Shown: positions 1 to 11,917 of the stretch, in pieces
How the letters are laid out: each line of letters starts with the position of its first letter
Position numbering within the stretch: the first letter of the stretch is position 1
Source of the DNA: Selaginella moellendorffii
Taxonomy: Eukaryota; Plantae; Lycopodiophyta
Assembly: GCF_000143415.4 (NCBI RefSeq)
Contig: NW_003314345.1
Coordinates: 328,574 to 392,573 of the forward strand
DNA: 64,000 bases
Direction: 5' to 3'
Made by a program: the position numbers and the translations under genes
Notes under the pieces: generated by a model
The model's input: only the letters and a program-made list of their open reading frames with translations
Database searches by the model: none
What the model was told of the DNA's origin: nothing

Positions 1-669
1 CACTTGGATTGGGAGCATCGGCTAGTCGATCTCCCAGGGGAACTAGAGCTGGCTCTTGAACACTTCACCAAGCTACTCCGCTTGTCGGTCTGTGTTCACT
101 CTAGTTTTGGACTTCCCAGTGAGCAGCTCATCACCCAACACTGGGTACAACCTTCCTAGGCCAAACTAGCCTTTCCTGGCCAAACTGGCCTTTCCTGGCC
201 AAACTGGCTCCATTGCAATCCTCCCCCTTACTATACTTTTGGAGCTCACCAAACCCCCTAGGGTCTGGGAGATGAACGCTTTGGGCTTTCACCCTCTCAG
301 ACTTGAACTCGGACTCGGACTCGGACTCAGACTCACACTCGGACTCGGGCTCGGTCTCGGTCTCGGCCTCGGCCTTGGTCTTGGTCTCAGTCTCGATCTT
401 GACTTTGGACTCCATCTCAGGTCCTTCTCGGACTCCATCTCGGGTCCATCTCGGACTCTGTCTCGGATCCATCTCGGACACTTCCACATGTCATGTGTTG
501 GTCCTCTTATGTCCCTTTTCTAGAGACTCACTTATCTCTCACTTCGTGCTTGTTCCTCGAACACTTCATTAGGAGTTCCACTCCCATTCTTGACCTTTCA
601 AGTCAAAGTTTTTAGTCCAAACATGTTACGCTCGTTTGGGTTTTGCTTCGGCCACTACTACATGTCACC
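1..669 (-). mobile_element. Family-B Gypsy LTR, outer copy (left part; continues beyond window start and at 13181-13227)
   Basis: Colinear with the LTR at ~6964-8030 (cacttgga..gcatcgg..gatctccc..gaactagagc; GGACTC array). Interrupted at TCACC by element A. Confidence 0.9.
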
Positions 670-1664
670 TGTAAGGAACCAACTCGCCGAGGTGTCGTAG
701 GCTAAAGGAACCCCGAAAGCATGACCAAAATGACAAAGAGTTCATCGGATGGGACCAAGTCGAAGATCGAGTCCAAGACCGACTCTAGGACCGAGTTCGA
801 GATAGAGTCCGAAATCGAGTCCGAACCCGAATCTGAAGTCGGATCCGAAATCGGGTCCGAGATCGAGCCAGAGACTAAGTCCAAATACTAATACCGGTCA
901 AGGGGTGAAAGCCCAAAGCCTGCGTCTCCCAGGGGGGGGGGGGGGGCTGCAGGGGGTTCCAAAAGTATAGTAGGGATAGTGAGGTCCAGGAACCAGTTTT
1001 GAAGGGACTCTCTAGTTGGGCTTCCAAACCGACTTGAGGTTGAGACTGGGACCGAGGGGCCTTGGGTGGGAGTGAGCATGGACTTGGTTGGTGCCGGAGG
1101 GGCCATCCAAGGAAGTGCTCAAGAGCAGCTCCCACTCCCGAAACCGATTGCGGTGCTTCTGGCTCATGTGGAGTGGTGCCCCACTTGAGTACCATGCAGC
1201 TAATTCATCCTCGCCCTTCCTAGGGGCTTGGGCCTTCCTTCGGGATGGAAGTGGGGGGGTAGAGGTACCCATACCGGGCCGCTAGGCCACGGTGTTTCGC
1301 CCCGGCGTCCCGAAGCAAGTGTTGCACTCAAGACTTGGGATTTAGAGGGTCCCATGATCAAGTCTTGTGGTACCAAGCGATGTTAGGAACCTGGAAGCTT
1401 GGTGTGCTTGGCTGCTTGTGCTTGTGGGGAGTGTAGCCGAACCTTAAGTCCAGTCTAACCTGGGAAGGGGGATTGGGAGTGATTTGGGAATCCGTGGATG
1501 GATGGCTAACACTCCGTTGCTCGTGCAGTGAGTAGCTGAGACCAAGTAGGAGCTAGTACCATAGGCGAGAACCTTGGCAAGGGAACTTAGCAAAGGCCAA
1601 AGCGGTGTTGGACGGATAGACGAGGTAAGCTGGCAAATTGGAAAGGAAAAATTTGTGGCTTACA
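670..1664 (+). repeat. 5' LTR of element A
   Basis: Direct repeat of 12185-13180 with about 23 substitutions and 2 indels counted by eye (~97-98% identical). TG...CA ends. Confidence 0.97.
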
Positions 1665-1667
1665 ATT

Positions 1668-1680
1668 TGGTATCGGAGCC
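1668..1680 (+). promoter_or_regulatory. Primer-binding site (tRNA-iMet type) of element A
   Basis: TGGTATCGGAGCC 3 nt after the LTR; one mismatch to canonical TGGTATCAGAGC. Confidence 0.9.
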
Positions 1681-1723
1681 TTTTCCTCAGTTCTAGCAAA
1701 GGATAGAGGCGGATTGCTGGGAG

Positions 1724-2670
1724 ATGGCAAGGGCAGGGCGTAAGCGAACCCAGGCGGAGACGGAACCTCCGCCAGAGCTGGAGCCTCCGGTCGAACAAGA
1801 GGCTATGGATGAGGAATCCTTGCATGAGGAGGACTCCAGTGAGGAAACTTCCAAACAGGAGTCCGGTGGCGAGGTTCGGTCGTCCAAGGTTCGATTGGAC
1901 GTGCTAGAAGGACAGTTGGCACAGACCAATGCCCTGCTGGAGACTCTCGTACGCAAGCTAAAGCGTGATGAGAAGCGAAGGAAAAAGCGAAAGACTGCGG
2001 ATGCTGGCAGCGTAGAAGGTGCGGACCCTTCGGCAGGGACTGAGGCAAAACCAGACAAGGTCGAACAGACCGAAGTGGAATCAGTCCCTCAGGCAGTTCC
2101 CAAGTACAAACCAAAGCCCCCACCGGTATTCAAGGGAGTGAACGACTATAAGGTTGTGGAGGATTGTTTTACGATATGGAGGACTACTTCCGAGCGTTGC
2201 GGTTACCGAGCTCGGAGAAGGTCCCATGTGCAAAACCATACTTGGCAGATAATGCCAAGTCTTGGTGGAGAACAACGGAGGCCAACGAAGGACCGGTGGC
2301 CACCTGGGACATGATGAAGGCGAGGATCCGCGCAACATACGTTCCTCCGAATGCCACTCTGCATCTGAGAGATGAGCTGAGTAGGCTGAAGCAGACTGGA
2401 ACCATCCAGGAATATGTGAATGGGTTCATGGCAAAGAGGATACTTGTCACGGACATGGGGGATATGGATGCGTTCCATGCCTTTATATCAGGTTTGCAAA
2501 CCTGGGCTCACGGTGAGGTGATGCGCTGGAACCCGACCAACTACAAGGAAGCGTTGGATGCGGCCATCAAGGTGCATTTCAACGATAACCTGCAAAAGGG
2601 AACACGACGGGGTCGGGATCCACGTTTAGCAAAGGGGCTAAACCAAGGGGAACGTATAGCAGGGGGAAAT
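1724..2670 (+). pseudogene. gag: gag of element A (N-terminal part; 1-bp frameshift near 2166; interrupted by element B')
   Basis: ORFs 1724-2314 and 2164-2823 join as VED(W)FYDMEDYF...AKSWW...LKQTGTIQEYVNGF, a retrotransposon gag motif. The right boundary is approximate. Confidence 0.88.
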
Positions 2671-3362
2671 TCAAGAAGAGTTTCTCTAAGTTTCCTAGGG
2701 CTGTTCATGGCCCTATCATTTGGCTACCTTACCGCTCCCTCCCTTGGAGCTTCCACTTTCGCCAACTCGGAGCATTTCGGAATCCCTCCTTGGAAACACA
2801 CTTCCTTTCCCGCAACTTGTTAGCGTCCAACACATTAGTGTTCCTCGCCTAACTTTGTCACTTGGATTCCTTCCAAGGGATTCCACGGCCCTATCTTGGC
2901 CACTCATCTTTTGCTCCTATCCGTTGATTGTTGCATCAAGCAACATCGAATCTCTACCTCCTTCCTTGAGGTATTGTTTTGGTTCCATAGCAAAGACTCT
3001 TCTTTGCCAAGTCCGGAGGATGTTCACCCCTAGTACGTCTCTTTAGCATCTTCTGCTATGGGCTCTATCCACGGCCCAACTTCGTGACCCTCCCATGGGT
3101 CTTTTATAGAGACTACTTTCCTCGGACTCACTATGCCATCGCACGGACATAGTTTATTTCCCTTAGGTGCTCTTCCCACTTGGTTATCACGACCAAGCCA
3201 CACCACCTTAAACAGTTCAATTTCAACATTTTGAACCAGGAACTTCATTCCTTAGCCAACCAAGGACCTTGTCCTTATCTGGCCATAAGATCACCTAGTG
3301 ATCTCACCTTGGCACCTTAACAGAGTTGCCAAGAGGTACTTGGTTTTCTAGACCTCCAAGTT

Positions 3363-3735
3363 GTTGACTATAACCCCGGGGGCATCCCCCACACTTGGCG
3401 GTGCACCCAAGCTAGCCCTTACGGCCAAGGGTTCATAGCAACTGAGATTAGGTGTCCCCATCTCACTCACCACGACCTTGGTGCCACTTGCACCAAAGTG
3501 TTCAAGTTAGATATGCTGAGCTTTCACACTAAGCAATCTAACCGTGCATCACGACTCCGAGGCATCCCTCGCTTGGCGGTGTGCCCAAACCAGTCTCCCC
3601 ACTGAGAGTGCATGACCACCGAAATATGAGTGTCCTCATATTCCAAACCATCACCACGCCCTAGTGATTTGGGACTCGAACCCAAGCACTAGAGGGTCGG
3701 GACTCGAACCCAACCTCCGTATATGCATCTACGGA
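3363..3735 (-). ncRNA. Structured 3' UTR RNA modules of element B' (two T-loop hairpins plus two cloverleaf copies)
   Basis: Reverse complement aligns to 11918-12121 with compensatory changes in the stems. Confidence 0.65.
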
Positions 3736-6229
3736 CAGCATCACACAAGATGCCTGGCGTGACTCCCCACGCCGGTGCACCAACTTATTTTTAAAGCGCG
3801 TTACAGATCACAGCTTAGGAACCTAGTTCCTCCACACTGCCAAGTCCTCTCACTTGACATGTCTGTGATCATGCATGGACTCCTCCATGCTCGGCCCCAT
3901 GGCCCACCCTTTTTGAAGTTATCACCTTCAACTAGGGTATTTGTTTCCCCGACGTGCCAATCTCGCTTGGCAAGTCCTCCGACCATTGTAACATGGTTCC
4001 TGCATAAGCGTGAAAGTCCTTGACCATCGACTTTCGTTCAAAGCCCTCTTTTTGAACACTCGGGAACTACTTCCCTAACCTTGATAACCTTGCCTCATGG
4101 CAAGCTTCAAGACCACGCTTCTGCTGCGCCACTCTGATTTCACGCGTTCCATGAACCATTTACACTTGGCCTTTCTAGGTACTACGCTACCTAGAATCAT
4201 CTTTGGGAACTTTGAAGAAACTCTGTCCCTCAGCTTGCTAAGGCCTCCCCTTTCGCAAGCTTTATAGTTGCCATATAGTCTAACATGGACAATTCCATAT
4301 TTTAGACTCTCCATGGCATCACGGTTGCTAGCAACAACATCCTCGAGCACCCTCTTGATTCTCCACTCCCAACTTTCATAACCACTGTTGGATATGCCCT
4401 TTGATTTCTATGGTTCAGTTCCATCCCAACACTACTTGCCTTTGGCTTCACACCTTTCCTTCGATCATTCTCCTCCAGACCAGGAGGATAGCTTTGCACT
4501 TTCTATCATGCCTTAGCAAGTATTCTTAGGGATGAACCTACCCAATAGCCCAGGGAGTGGTTCCTCAATCCGGGTATGCTCAGCTTATAATCCCACACAC
4601 TGGGGTTACATTGTTGCTTATGGGCCTTTACATGCCCATCACTAGCCTTGCCAAAATTCCATTTTTGGCTTTGTCCAACTTGGGTAGACAGTCCTCTCCT
4701 GTCTCCGCAACCTTGGACATTTGGATAGCACCTTCTATCCATCATTCGCTAGGGACTTAGTCCCTTGGGCTTTATCCATTGCCCTCACGATATCAAACAC
4801 CACCTTCTGGTGTTCTAGAGTGTTCGGGTGTCCCAATGATGGCTTTCTTGACAATGAGTATTTCCTTTTATGACATTGACTTACTATATCGCAACATAAG
4901 AAACTTATCCCCCGTAAGGGTATATCCGACTTCCCTATACTAGAAGTCTTGGGTAGCTACCTTCTACCCGTTTAATCAGTTATTTTGCACCTTTTGCTTA
5001 GTTGCCTCATAGTTGTCAAGTCCTACAACTCATTGCTTGGTGCTTTCACACCTCCATCACTATCTGGGTCACCACACTCCAACTGCATGCTCTGCAGCTT
5101 AAGCTATGCCATTCCCATTTCCATTGGGATTCCTTTGGCAAGGGGTTCTCATGAACCCACCAACATAGCCTCAAGGTATCACACCTTGGCACATTTGGTG
5201 TCTCCACACCATCGGCTCCACGAGCCTACCTCTATGACATTTCCCTTCGTGTCTAAGTCTTTTGCCAAGACCAACACCGCTCTTTCTCATGCCAACCATC
5301 TGTTAGCACTGCCCCATAGAGGTCACACACAACTTTATGTCAAAGTTGTTTTCTTCTGGGAACACCTTTCCCATAACTTTAGCATGGCACATTTTGCCAT
5401 CGATGAGATACTCTCTGTTCTCATCCTTGGATCCTATGATCCCCCCCCATCCTTTGTGGGGTACAACGCACCTTAGTCCAAATGCTTCATTCAGTCCTTT
5501 TTAGGACTCTACTTGAGTCGTCTAGCAGTTTTGGACTTGGTTAATCCACCGACCCGTAAGGTCCTACTTGTGAGGCACTAGCTCACTGGAATACACATCT
5601 TGCATTCTGGTCCTACTCAAAAGGACTATTTTCACAAGTGTTACTCCGACACTTGATTTTGTTCTCTGGGGGCAACCTTTGCCCCTTAGGACTACTTGTC
5701 CATGTGATGAGAATACCAACTCATCCACTCAATACACCCCCAACTCCTTGGGTTGTTCCAGCATTTATTAGAGGTAGCCCCGGCTACCATTTCAAGGACT
5801 TGAGTCCTCTTCCGTATTTGACCTTCCACGGTCATTACCTTTGGTCTCACATTCATGAGCACCAACCTCAACTATATGAGGATAATCTTGTGACTCCTTT
5901 ATTGTTTTGGAGTCTCTATCTTTCCCGTGATCCCAACTTTAGTTGTTTACCACAACAACCTTAGCCAATTTGCTGAGACAAATGCTCATCCGGATCACAT
6001 CCTCAACTCAATGAGGAAAACCTTGCACTGTTCCCAAGATCCCAAAGTCGTTCCATTATTGGCACTTTTCTATCCACCACCTCGTCTACAAGTTCACACA
6101 TGAACTGTAATGGAGATCCATGTCTTCCCGACTTGCTACTCCTCAAGGATAGACCCACTCCTTGGACCTTCCGATGCCAACACTAGTGGTGATATACTTG
6201 AGCACCAATAAAAGTCGGACTAAGGAACA

Positions 6230-6241
6230 GCTCTGATACCA
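6230..6241 (-). promoter_or_regulatory. Primer-binding site (tRNA-iMet) of element B'
   Basis: gctctgatacca is the reverse complement of TGGTATCAGAGC, 3 nt from the LTR end CTTACA. Confidence 0.92.
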
Positions 6242-6244
6242 AAT

Positions 6245-8074
6245 TGTAAGTGACTAGATTTTCCATTCTACTTTAGTCACTTAACCACACCTCCGACCAC
6301 TTGGAGGAGTCTCATTCACAACCTCCATAAGTCCAATCCAGGACTTGGGACTTGCTAGCCCCGAGAATGGCATCCATGCCACTCAACATTTGCACTTGGT
6401 CCAAGTGCTCCACGTGTCCGATCCCAAGACCGACACTCAAAGGTACCACCGACATAGCAGCCCGTTACGCTAAGGCCATGCCCAATCACCTTTGCCACAC
6501 TGGTAGTCCAATACCACTTGCATCACAGTCTTGGCTCCCCAAGACTAGGCAAACCATCCGTGAGTGGTCATCTCAGATCCACTCCTTAGCATCCTTAGGA
6601 TGCCCACAGACTTGGGGAATCGCCTTCCCCAAAGTGCCTTTGTCAGTTCCTACCAAGTCCCTTTCTGCCCCTGGCCATGTTTGCCCACACTGCCACTAGA
6701 TCGAGGCCCACAGGCCCGACCACTAAGTCCCATGGTCCTCTGGGACTTCCTCACCACACGACTGTGTCCTTGGTCACTACCCCAGAGGACTGCTCCTCTT
6801 CCTTTCCACAGTCTAGGCCTTTGGGACAACATTTCGGAACACCGTGGCCTTACGCGAGCCACCTGGGTACTCTCCCCGCCTTTCGCCTTTAGGTGCTCTA
6901 GCCATGGGCTTAGAGCGAGGTTCCGTTGAGCCACGCCTGGTATCCAAGTAGGTAGTGCCACCCACACTTGGACTGGAAGCATCGGCCAGTCGATCTCCCG
7001 GGGGAACTAGAGCCGGCTCTTGAACACTTCACCAAGCTACCCCGCTTGTCGGTCCGTATTCACTCTAGTCTTGGACTTCCCAGTGGTCAGTTCCTCACCC
7101 AACACTGCGTCTGGCCTTCCTGGGCCAAACTGGCCTTTCCTGGCCAAACTGGCTCCACTGCAGTCCTCCCCCTACTATACTTTTGGAGCTCACCAAACCC
7201 CCCAGGGTCTGGGAGACGAACGCTTTGGGCTTTCACCCTCTCAGGCTCTAGACTCGGACTCGGACTCGGACTCGGACTCGGACTCGGACTCGGACTCGGA
7301 CTCGGACTCGGACTCGGGCTCGGGCTCGGTCTCGGTCTCGGCCTCGGCCTCGGTCTCGGTCTCGGTCCCGATCTCGGTCTCGGTCTCGGTCCCAGTCTCG
7401 GTCTCGACTTCGGACTCCATCTCGGACTCCATCTCGGACTCCATCTCGGGTCCATCTCGGGTCCATCTCGGACTCCATCTCGGACTCCATCTCGGGTCCA
7501 TCTCGGACTCCATCTCGGACTCCATTTCGGCTCCATCTCGGGTCCACCTCGGACTCCATCTCGGACTCCATCTCAGACTCCAGTTCGGGTCCATCTCGGG
7601 TCCACCTCAGACTCCATCTCGGACTCCATCTCGGACTCCATCTCGGGTCCATCTCGGACTCCACTTCGGACTCCAACTCGGGTCCATCTCGGGTCCACCT
7701 CGGACTCCATCTCGGACTCCATCTCGGGTCCATCTCGGACTCCACTTCGGACTCCAACTCAGGTCCATCTCGGGTCCACCTCGGACTCCATCTCGGACTC
7801 CATCTTGGACTCCATCTCGGGTCCATCTCGGACTCCACTTCGGACTCCCACGTGTCATGTGTTGGTCCTTTTGGGTCCCTTTTTGGAGCCTCGCCTTTTG
7901 CTCGCTTCGTGCTCGTTCCTCGAGCACTTCGTTGGGAGTTCCACTCCCGCTCTTGACTTTTCAAGTTGGAGCTTTTGGTCCAAACGTGTTACGCTCGTTT
8001 GGCTCTCGCTTCGGCCACTACCATGTGGCGCCCTTCCGGCTCCACTTTGGGTCCTAGGGATTTTGTGTCTCACA
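6245..8074 (-). repeat. 5' LTR of element B' (~1830 bp)
   Basis: Minus strand reads TGTGAGACAC...CTTACA followed by ATT and the PBS. Homologous to 1-669 plus 13181-13227. Confidence 0.9.
7250..7850. repeat. Compound minisatellite in the B' LTR: (GGACTC)n, (GGTCTC)n, (GGACTCCATCTC/GGGTCCATCTC)n
   Basis: Directly visible tandem arrays. A shorter version (~180 bp) lies at ~300-480. Confidence 0.95.
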
Positions 8075-10883
8075 GTCAAGTCATATAGCAGCGTGGGAAA
8101 CAACATATGCTACAACTGCGGTGAAGCGGGACACTTTTCGAGGGAATGTCCCTACCCAAAGAAGGCCAGAGCCAATATGGCCATCAAGTCGGGTGAAGTC
8201 CAAACTGAGGTATGTGATCCAGTCCCTAACTCAAAGTTACTCATTACACGAGCAACTTTGGTAGAGAGTCGTTCCCGACATTTACTAGCCCTCCGAGGGA
8301 AGCTCGGAGGTAGCTCTGTTAAGATCCTTATTGACACGGGTGCTTCGGATAATTTTGTGGCTGCAGACATAGTCCGGCAAGCCGGAGTAACGGTGCAGCG
8401 GCTAGGCGAACCAAGGACTATAGAGTTTGTTCAAGGTAGCCAAAGCACCGATGAGGTACTTCGACAAGCGAGAGTCGAAGTAGGGATATGGAAAGTAGAC
8501 ATGGATTTCACCGTGTTGGACATGGCGGGATTTGACGTGATCTTCGGAATGGACTGGTTCAATCGGTTCGTGGTAGCCCTACATGGACAAGGTAGGAACC
8601 TTGTGGTACTGGCGAATGCCCAAGGAAGAAGATCTAGGGTGGAGGCCCAGGATCTAAAGGTAGGGCAAAGCAAGGCCAAAGAATCCTGCTTAAACCTGGT
8701 GTCCACGAGAGGACAACTCACTAAAGGAACTAAAGCAGCCTTTTTGTGCCTACTCTCGGTGAAGAGTGACAAAAAGACAGGAACGGAAGAAGTACCTTTA
8801 GTGATCCAGCGGGTGTTGGACCAATTCCAGGATACCATGCCGGAGGAGCTACCGGCGGGGTTGCCCCCCGCACGACCGATAGAACATAAGATTGAGCTGG
8901 TCGAGGGTGCTGAGGCGGTGGTTCGTCCCCCCTATCGTTTGAACGAGAAAGAACTCAAGGAGCTCAAGTGCCAACTGGAGGAGTTGGTGGACAAAGGGTA
9001 TGTTAGGTTGAGCAAGTCGTTGTATGGGGCGCCGGTGTTATTTGTGAAAAAGAAAGATGGATCTATGCGCATGTGCATAGATTACCGGTTGCTCAACAAG
9101 TATACAAAAAAGAACAAGTACCCTTTGCCAAGAATTGAGGACCTGTTCGATAGGTTGGGAAAGGCAAAATACTTCTCGAGGATTGACCTAAGGTCAGGAT
9201 ACTACCAGATCAGGGTAGATGAGGAAGATGTCGAGAAGACAACCTGTCGAACGAGGTATGGGAGCTTTGAGTTTCTGGTGATGCCCTTTGGGCTGTGCAA
9301 TGCGCCGGCAACGTTTTCGGCATTGATGAACCACATCTTTGTACCCTATCTGGATCACTTCGTGGTCGTCTATATTGACGACATCCTGATCTATAGCGAA
9401 ACGCTAGAGGAGCATGCCGAACACTTGGCGAAGGTGTTTGAGAAACTAAGGGAACACAAACTGTATGCTAAAGAGAGCAAATGTGACTTTGCTCAACAAG
9501 AGGTAAAGTTTCTTGGGCATGTGGTGGGCCAGGACGGGCTCAAAGTGGACCCGGAGAAGGTCCAAGCGATCTAGGAATGGGAGCGACCATCGAATGTACA
9601 TGAGTTGAGGGCATTCTTGGGGCTATGCAACTACTATCGAAAGTTTATCAGACACTATTCGAGAGTAGCCCTACCCTTAACGGACCAAACAGGAAAAGGG
9701 AAGATGGTATGGACAGCGGAATGCGAGGCGGCATTCGTCCACCTCAAAGGGAAATTGAGGAAGGCTCCCGTGTTGGCATTACCAGACTTTGGTAAGGACT
9801 TTGAGGTAGAAACGGATGCTTCGGACTTTGCGTTGGGCACGGTTTTGAAGCAGGACAACCATCCAGTAGCATTCTTCTCGAAGAAGTTGGACAAGGCTCA
9901 ACGAAAGTGGCCTGCCCATGAGAAGGAATTGTTTGCGGTGGTCAAGGCACTCAAGGAGTGGCGACACTACCTTGGGAGACACTTCAAAGTTTACACGGAC
10001 AATGTGGCAACGAAACACTTCTTGTCACAGCCCGACCTAAGGGGAAAACAAGGTCGGTGGGCCAATGCTTTGGCCGAGTTTGATTGCGAGATCCTGTACA
10101 AGCCTGGGAAGAGCAACATCGTGGCAGATGCGCTAAGTCGAAAAGCGAGCTTGAAGTTGGCGATATCTAGCGCGACAGCAACCTTTTGGGATGATGTGCG
10201 GACCGCATACGAGAGTGATGGTCTAGCACAAGAAGTGTTGCTGAGGAATCTAGAGGCGCGGGAAGCTCACCAGAGAGGTGAGCTGCCAACGGAAGAGAAA
10301 ACGGGCTATGCGGAACGCAACGGACTCATATATTACAAGCAAACGAGGGTGTATGTTCCAGAAGGGGAACTAAGGAAGGTAGCCTTGGAAGAGTGTCATG
10401 ACGGACCTCTCGCGGGACACGGCAGAGTGCCCAAGACGATGGGCTTACTCAAAAGGAAGTATCACTGGCCAGATATGGCTAAGGATGTCCAAGACTATGT
10501 AAAGACATGTCCAACATGTCAGCAAGTCAAAGCCGTGACGAAGGCTAGTGGGGGCTTGTTGTAAAGCATCCCCATTCCAGATCGTCTGTGGAAATGTCTC
10601 AGGATGGACTTCATCACGGGACTACCCCCAAGCGAGGGGTTCGATGCGATATTCGTGGTGGTGGACCGATTTTCAAAGATGGCACATTTCATACCCACCA
10701 CAACGGACGTGGATGCGGAAGGTGTGGCGAAGCTATTCTTCGAACAAGTGGTTCGAGTGCGGCGAAGGCCGGAAGAGATTATCTCAGATCGAGATAAGAT
10801 CTTCACCAGTAGGTTCTGGAGGACACTCCTAGAACAGTATCGCACCAAGTTGAAATTCAGCACAGCCTATCACCCACAGACAG

Positions 10884-10930
10884 GTAATGGGTATTAAGTC
10901 AAGATTGATGGCACTAACACTTCTTGACAG
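10884..10930 (+). other. 47-bp GT-AG intron in retrotransposon integrase
   Basis: ACAG|gtaatg...ctaac...ttgacag|AC. Removal restores HPQT-D-GQTKRVN in frame. Confidence 0.88.
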
Positions 10931-11348
10931 ACGGACAAACGAAAAGGGTGAATAGGCAGCTGGAGGATTATTTGCGATGCTATGTCTCGGGAGACCAGAC
11001 CGACTGGGTAAGTCATTTGGGACTTGCGGAAATGTGTTATAACAACTCACCACATTCGAGCATTGGGGTGAGTCCGTGGGAAGTCATCAATGGGCGAGCT
11101 ATTGAAGGTCCTGTGGAACTCGGCGTGGCCGAGTATCATGGAGAGTTACCCGCAGTGGAGGCATTCACGGCGGAAAGACTCAACATTTGGAATCTAGTGA
11201 GGGATTCCTTGGAACGGGCTCAACAAAGGCAAACTAAGTACGCGAACCAAAAGCGTCGGGATGTGGAGTTCCAAGCTGGGGAGAAGGTGTGGCTGAACAC
11301 CAAGAACCTCAGGCTACCAAGTGGGATCAGCCGGAAGTTGACCCAAAG

Positions 11349-11400
11349 GTAAAAATGCATGTATTCCTGTAAATGAATTGATCTTGAGTTCCTTAAGCAG
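11349..11400 (+). other. 52-bp GT-AG intron in retrotransposon integrase C-terminus
   Basis: CAAAG|gtaaaa...ttaagcag|GTTC. Removal restores RKLTQ-R-FAGPY in frame. Confidence 0.88.
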
Positions 11401-11917
11401 GTTCGCGGGGCCTTACGAGATTGAGGCTCGAATCGGTAAAGTGGCTTACCGTCTCCGACTTCCTCGAGAGATGGGGAAGATGCATCCCGTGTTCCACGTG
11501 AACTTACTCAAGCCGTATTTTGAGGATCCGCTTCGCAAGGACCAAGTAAGACCTTTACCTGAGGTTATCCAAGGGGAGGAGGAATACGAAGTCGAGGCCA
11601 TCCTCAATGCGCGCAAGAGCAAGCGACAAGGACGCGAGCTGAGAGAGTTCCATGTGAAGTGAAAAGGATTTCCACACTGTGAAGCAACATGGGAACCGGA
11701 GGAGAACCTAGCGAACGCGCGAGATCTAGTGGAGGAATTTCTGCATGGCAGAACTCTATGTACTTATGCAAAGTTCAATTAAAAGTATCAATTTGAGAAA
11801 TTGAGCAATGGCATATGTTGGGACCCGAAGGCGCGCCGAAGGTAAGCTAATTAGCATGGGTTAGCTAGGTCGACCAGGCGTAGGGAGCTACGCCCGACTC
11901 CCTGCGGGGATGTCGAA

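Larger units (their letters stand above)
2675..8074 (-). mobile_element. Family-B Gypsy element B' (one LTR plus strongly decayed internal region; no 3' LTR seen), inverted inside gag of A
   Basis: LTR 6245-8074 and PBS on the minus strand at 6230-6241. 3' UTR motifs at 3363-3735 are homologous to A. gag-pol of A resumes at 8075. The left junction is approximate. Confidence 0.85.
8075..11782 (+). pseudogene. pol: gag zinc knuckle plus pol (protease, RT, RNase H, integrase, chromodomain) of element A; 3 premature stops, 2 putative introns
   Basis: [45 protein letters not shown] zinc finger, SDRD, HPQTDGQT and GPY motifs, chromodomain EYEVEAIL..VK*KGF..TWEPEENL. Stops at 9572, 10562 and 11660. 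Confidence 0.95.

Noticed and set aside
2660-2690. TSD or 3' LTR for element B'
   Set aside because: No LTR copy at the left junction and TTCAA vs GTCAA is not convincing; probably a later deletion.
7250-7850. Possible CRISPR-like array
   Set aside because: No unique spacers; simple tandem units in a eukaryotic LTR.
7020-8057. SD-repeat, RP-repeat and WSPR-repeat ORFs (also 131-572) resembling adhesins
   Set aside because: Translations of stop-free LTR tandem repeats.
6968-9574. 868-aa ORF with LG/GPSRTP repeats fused to protease-RT
   Set aside because: Chance read-through from the antisense B' LTR minisatellite into A's pol; it starts at TTG and ends at a premature stop. Not a real gene.
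9572-11662. Programmed stop read-through at TAG 9572, TAA 10562 and TGA 11660
   Set aside because: Each is a single transition from the expected codon (CAG, CAA, TGG); ordinary decay is the simpler explanation.
11748-11880. Possible third intron after the chromodomain (AT-rich patch; GTAAGC at ~11842)
   Set aside because: No donor/acceptor pair whose removal restores a recognisable motif; unresolved.
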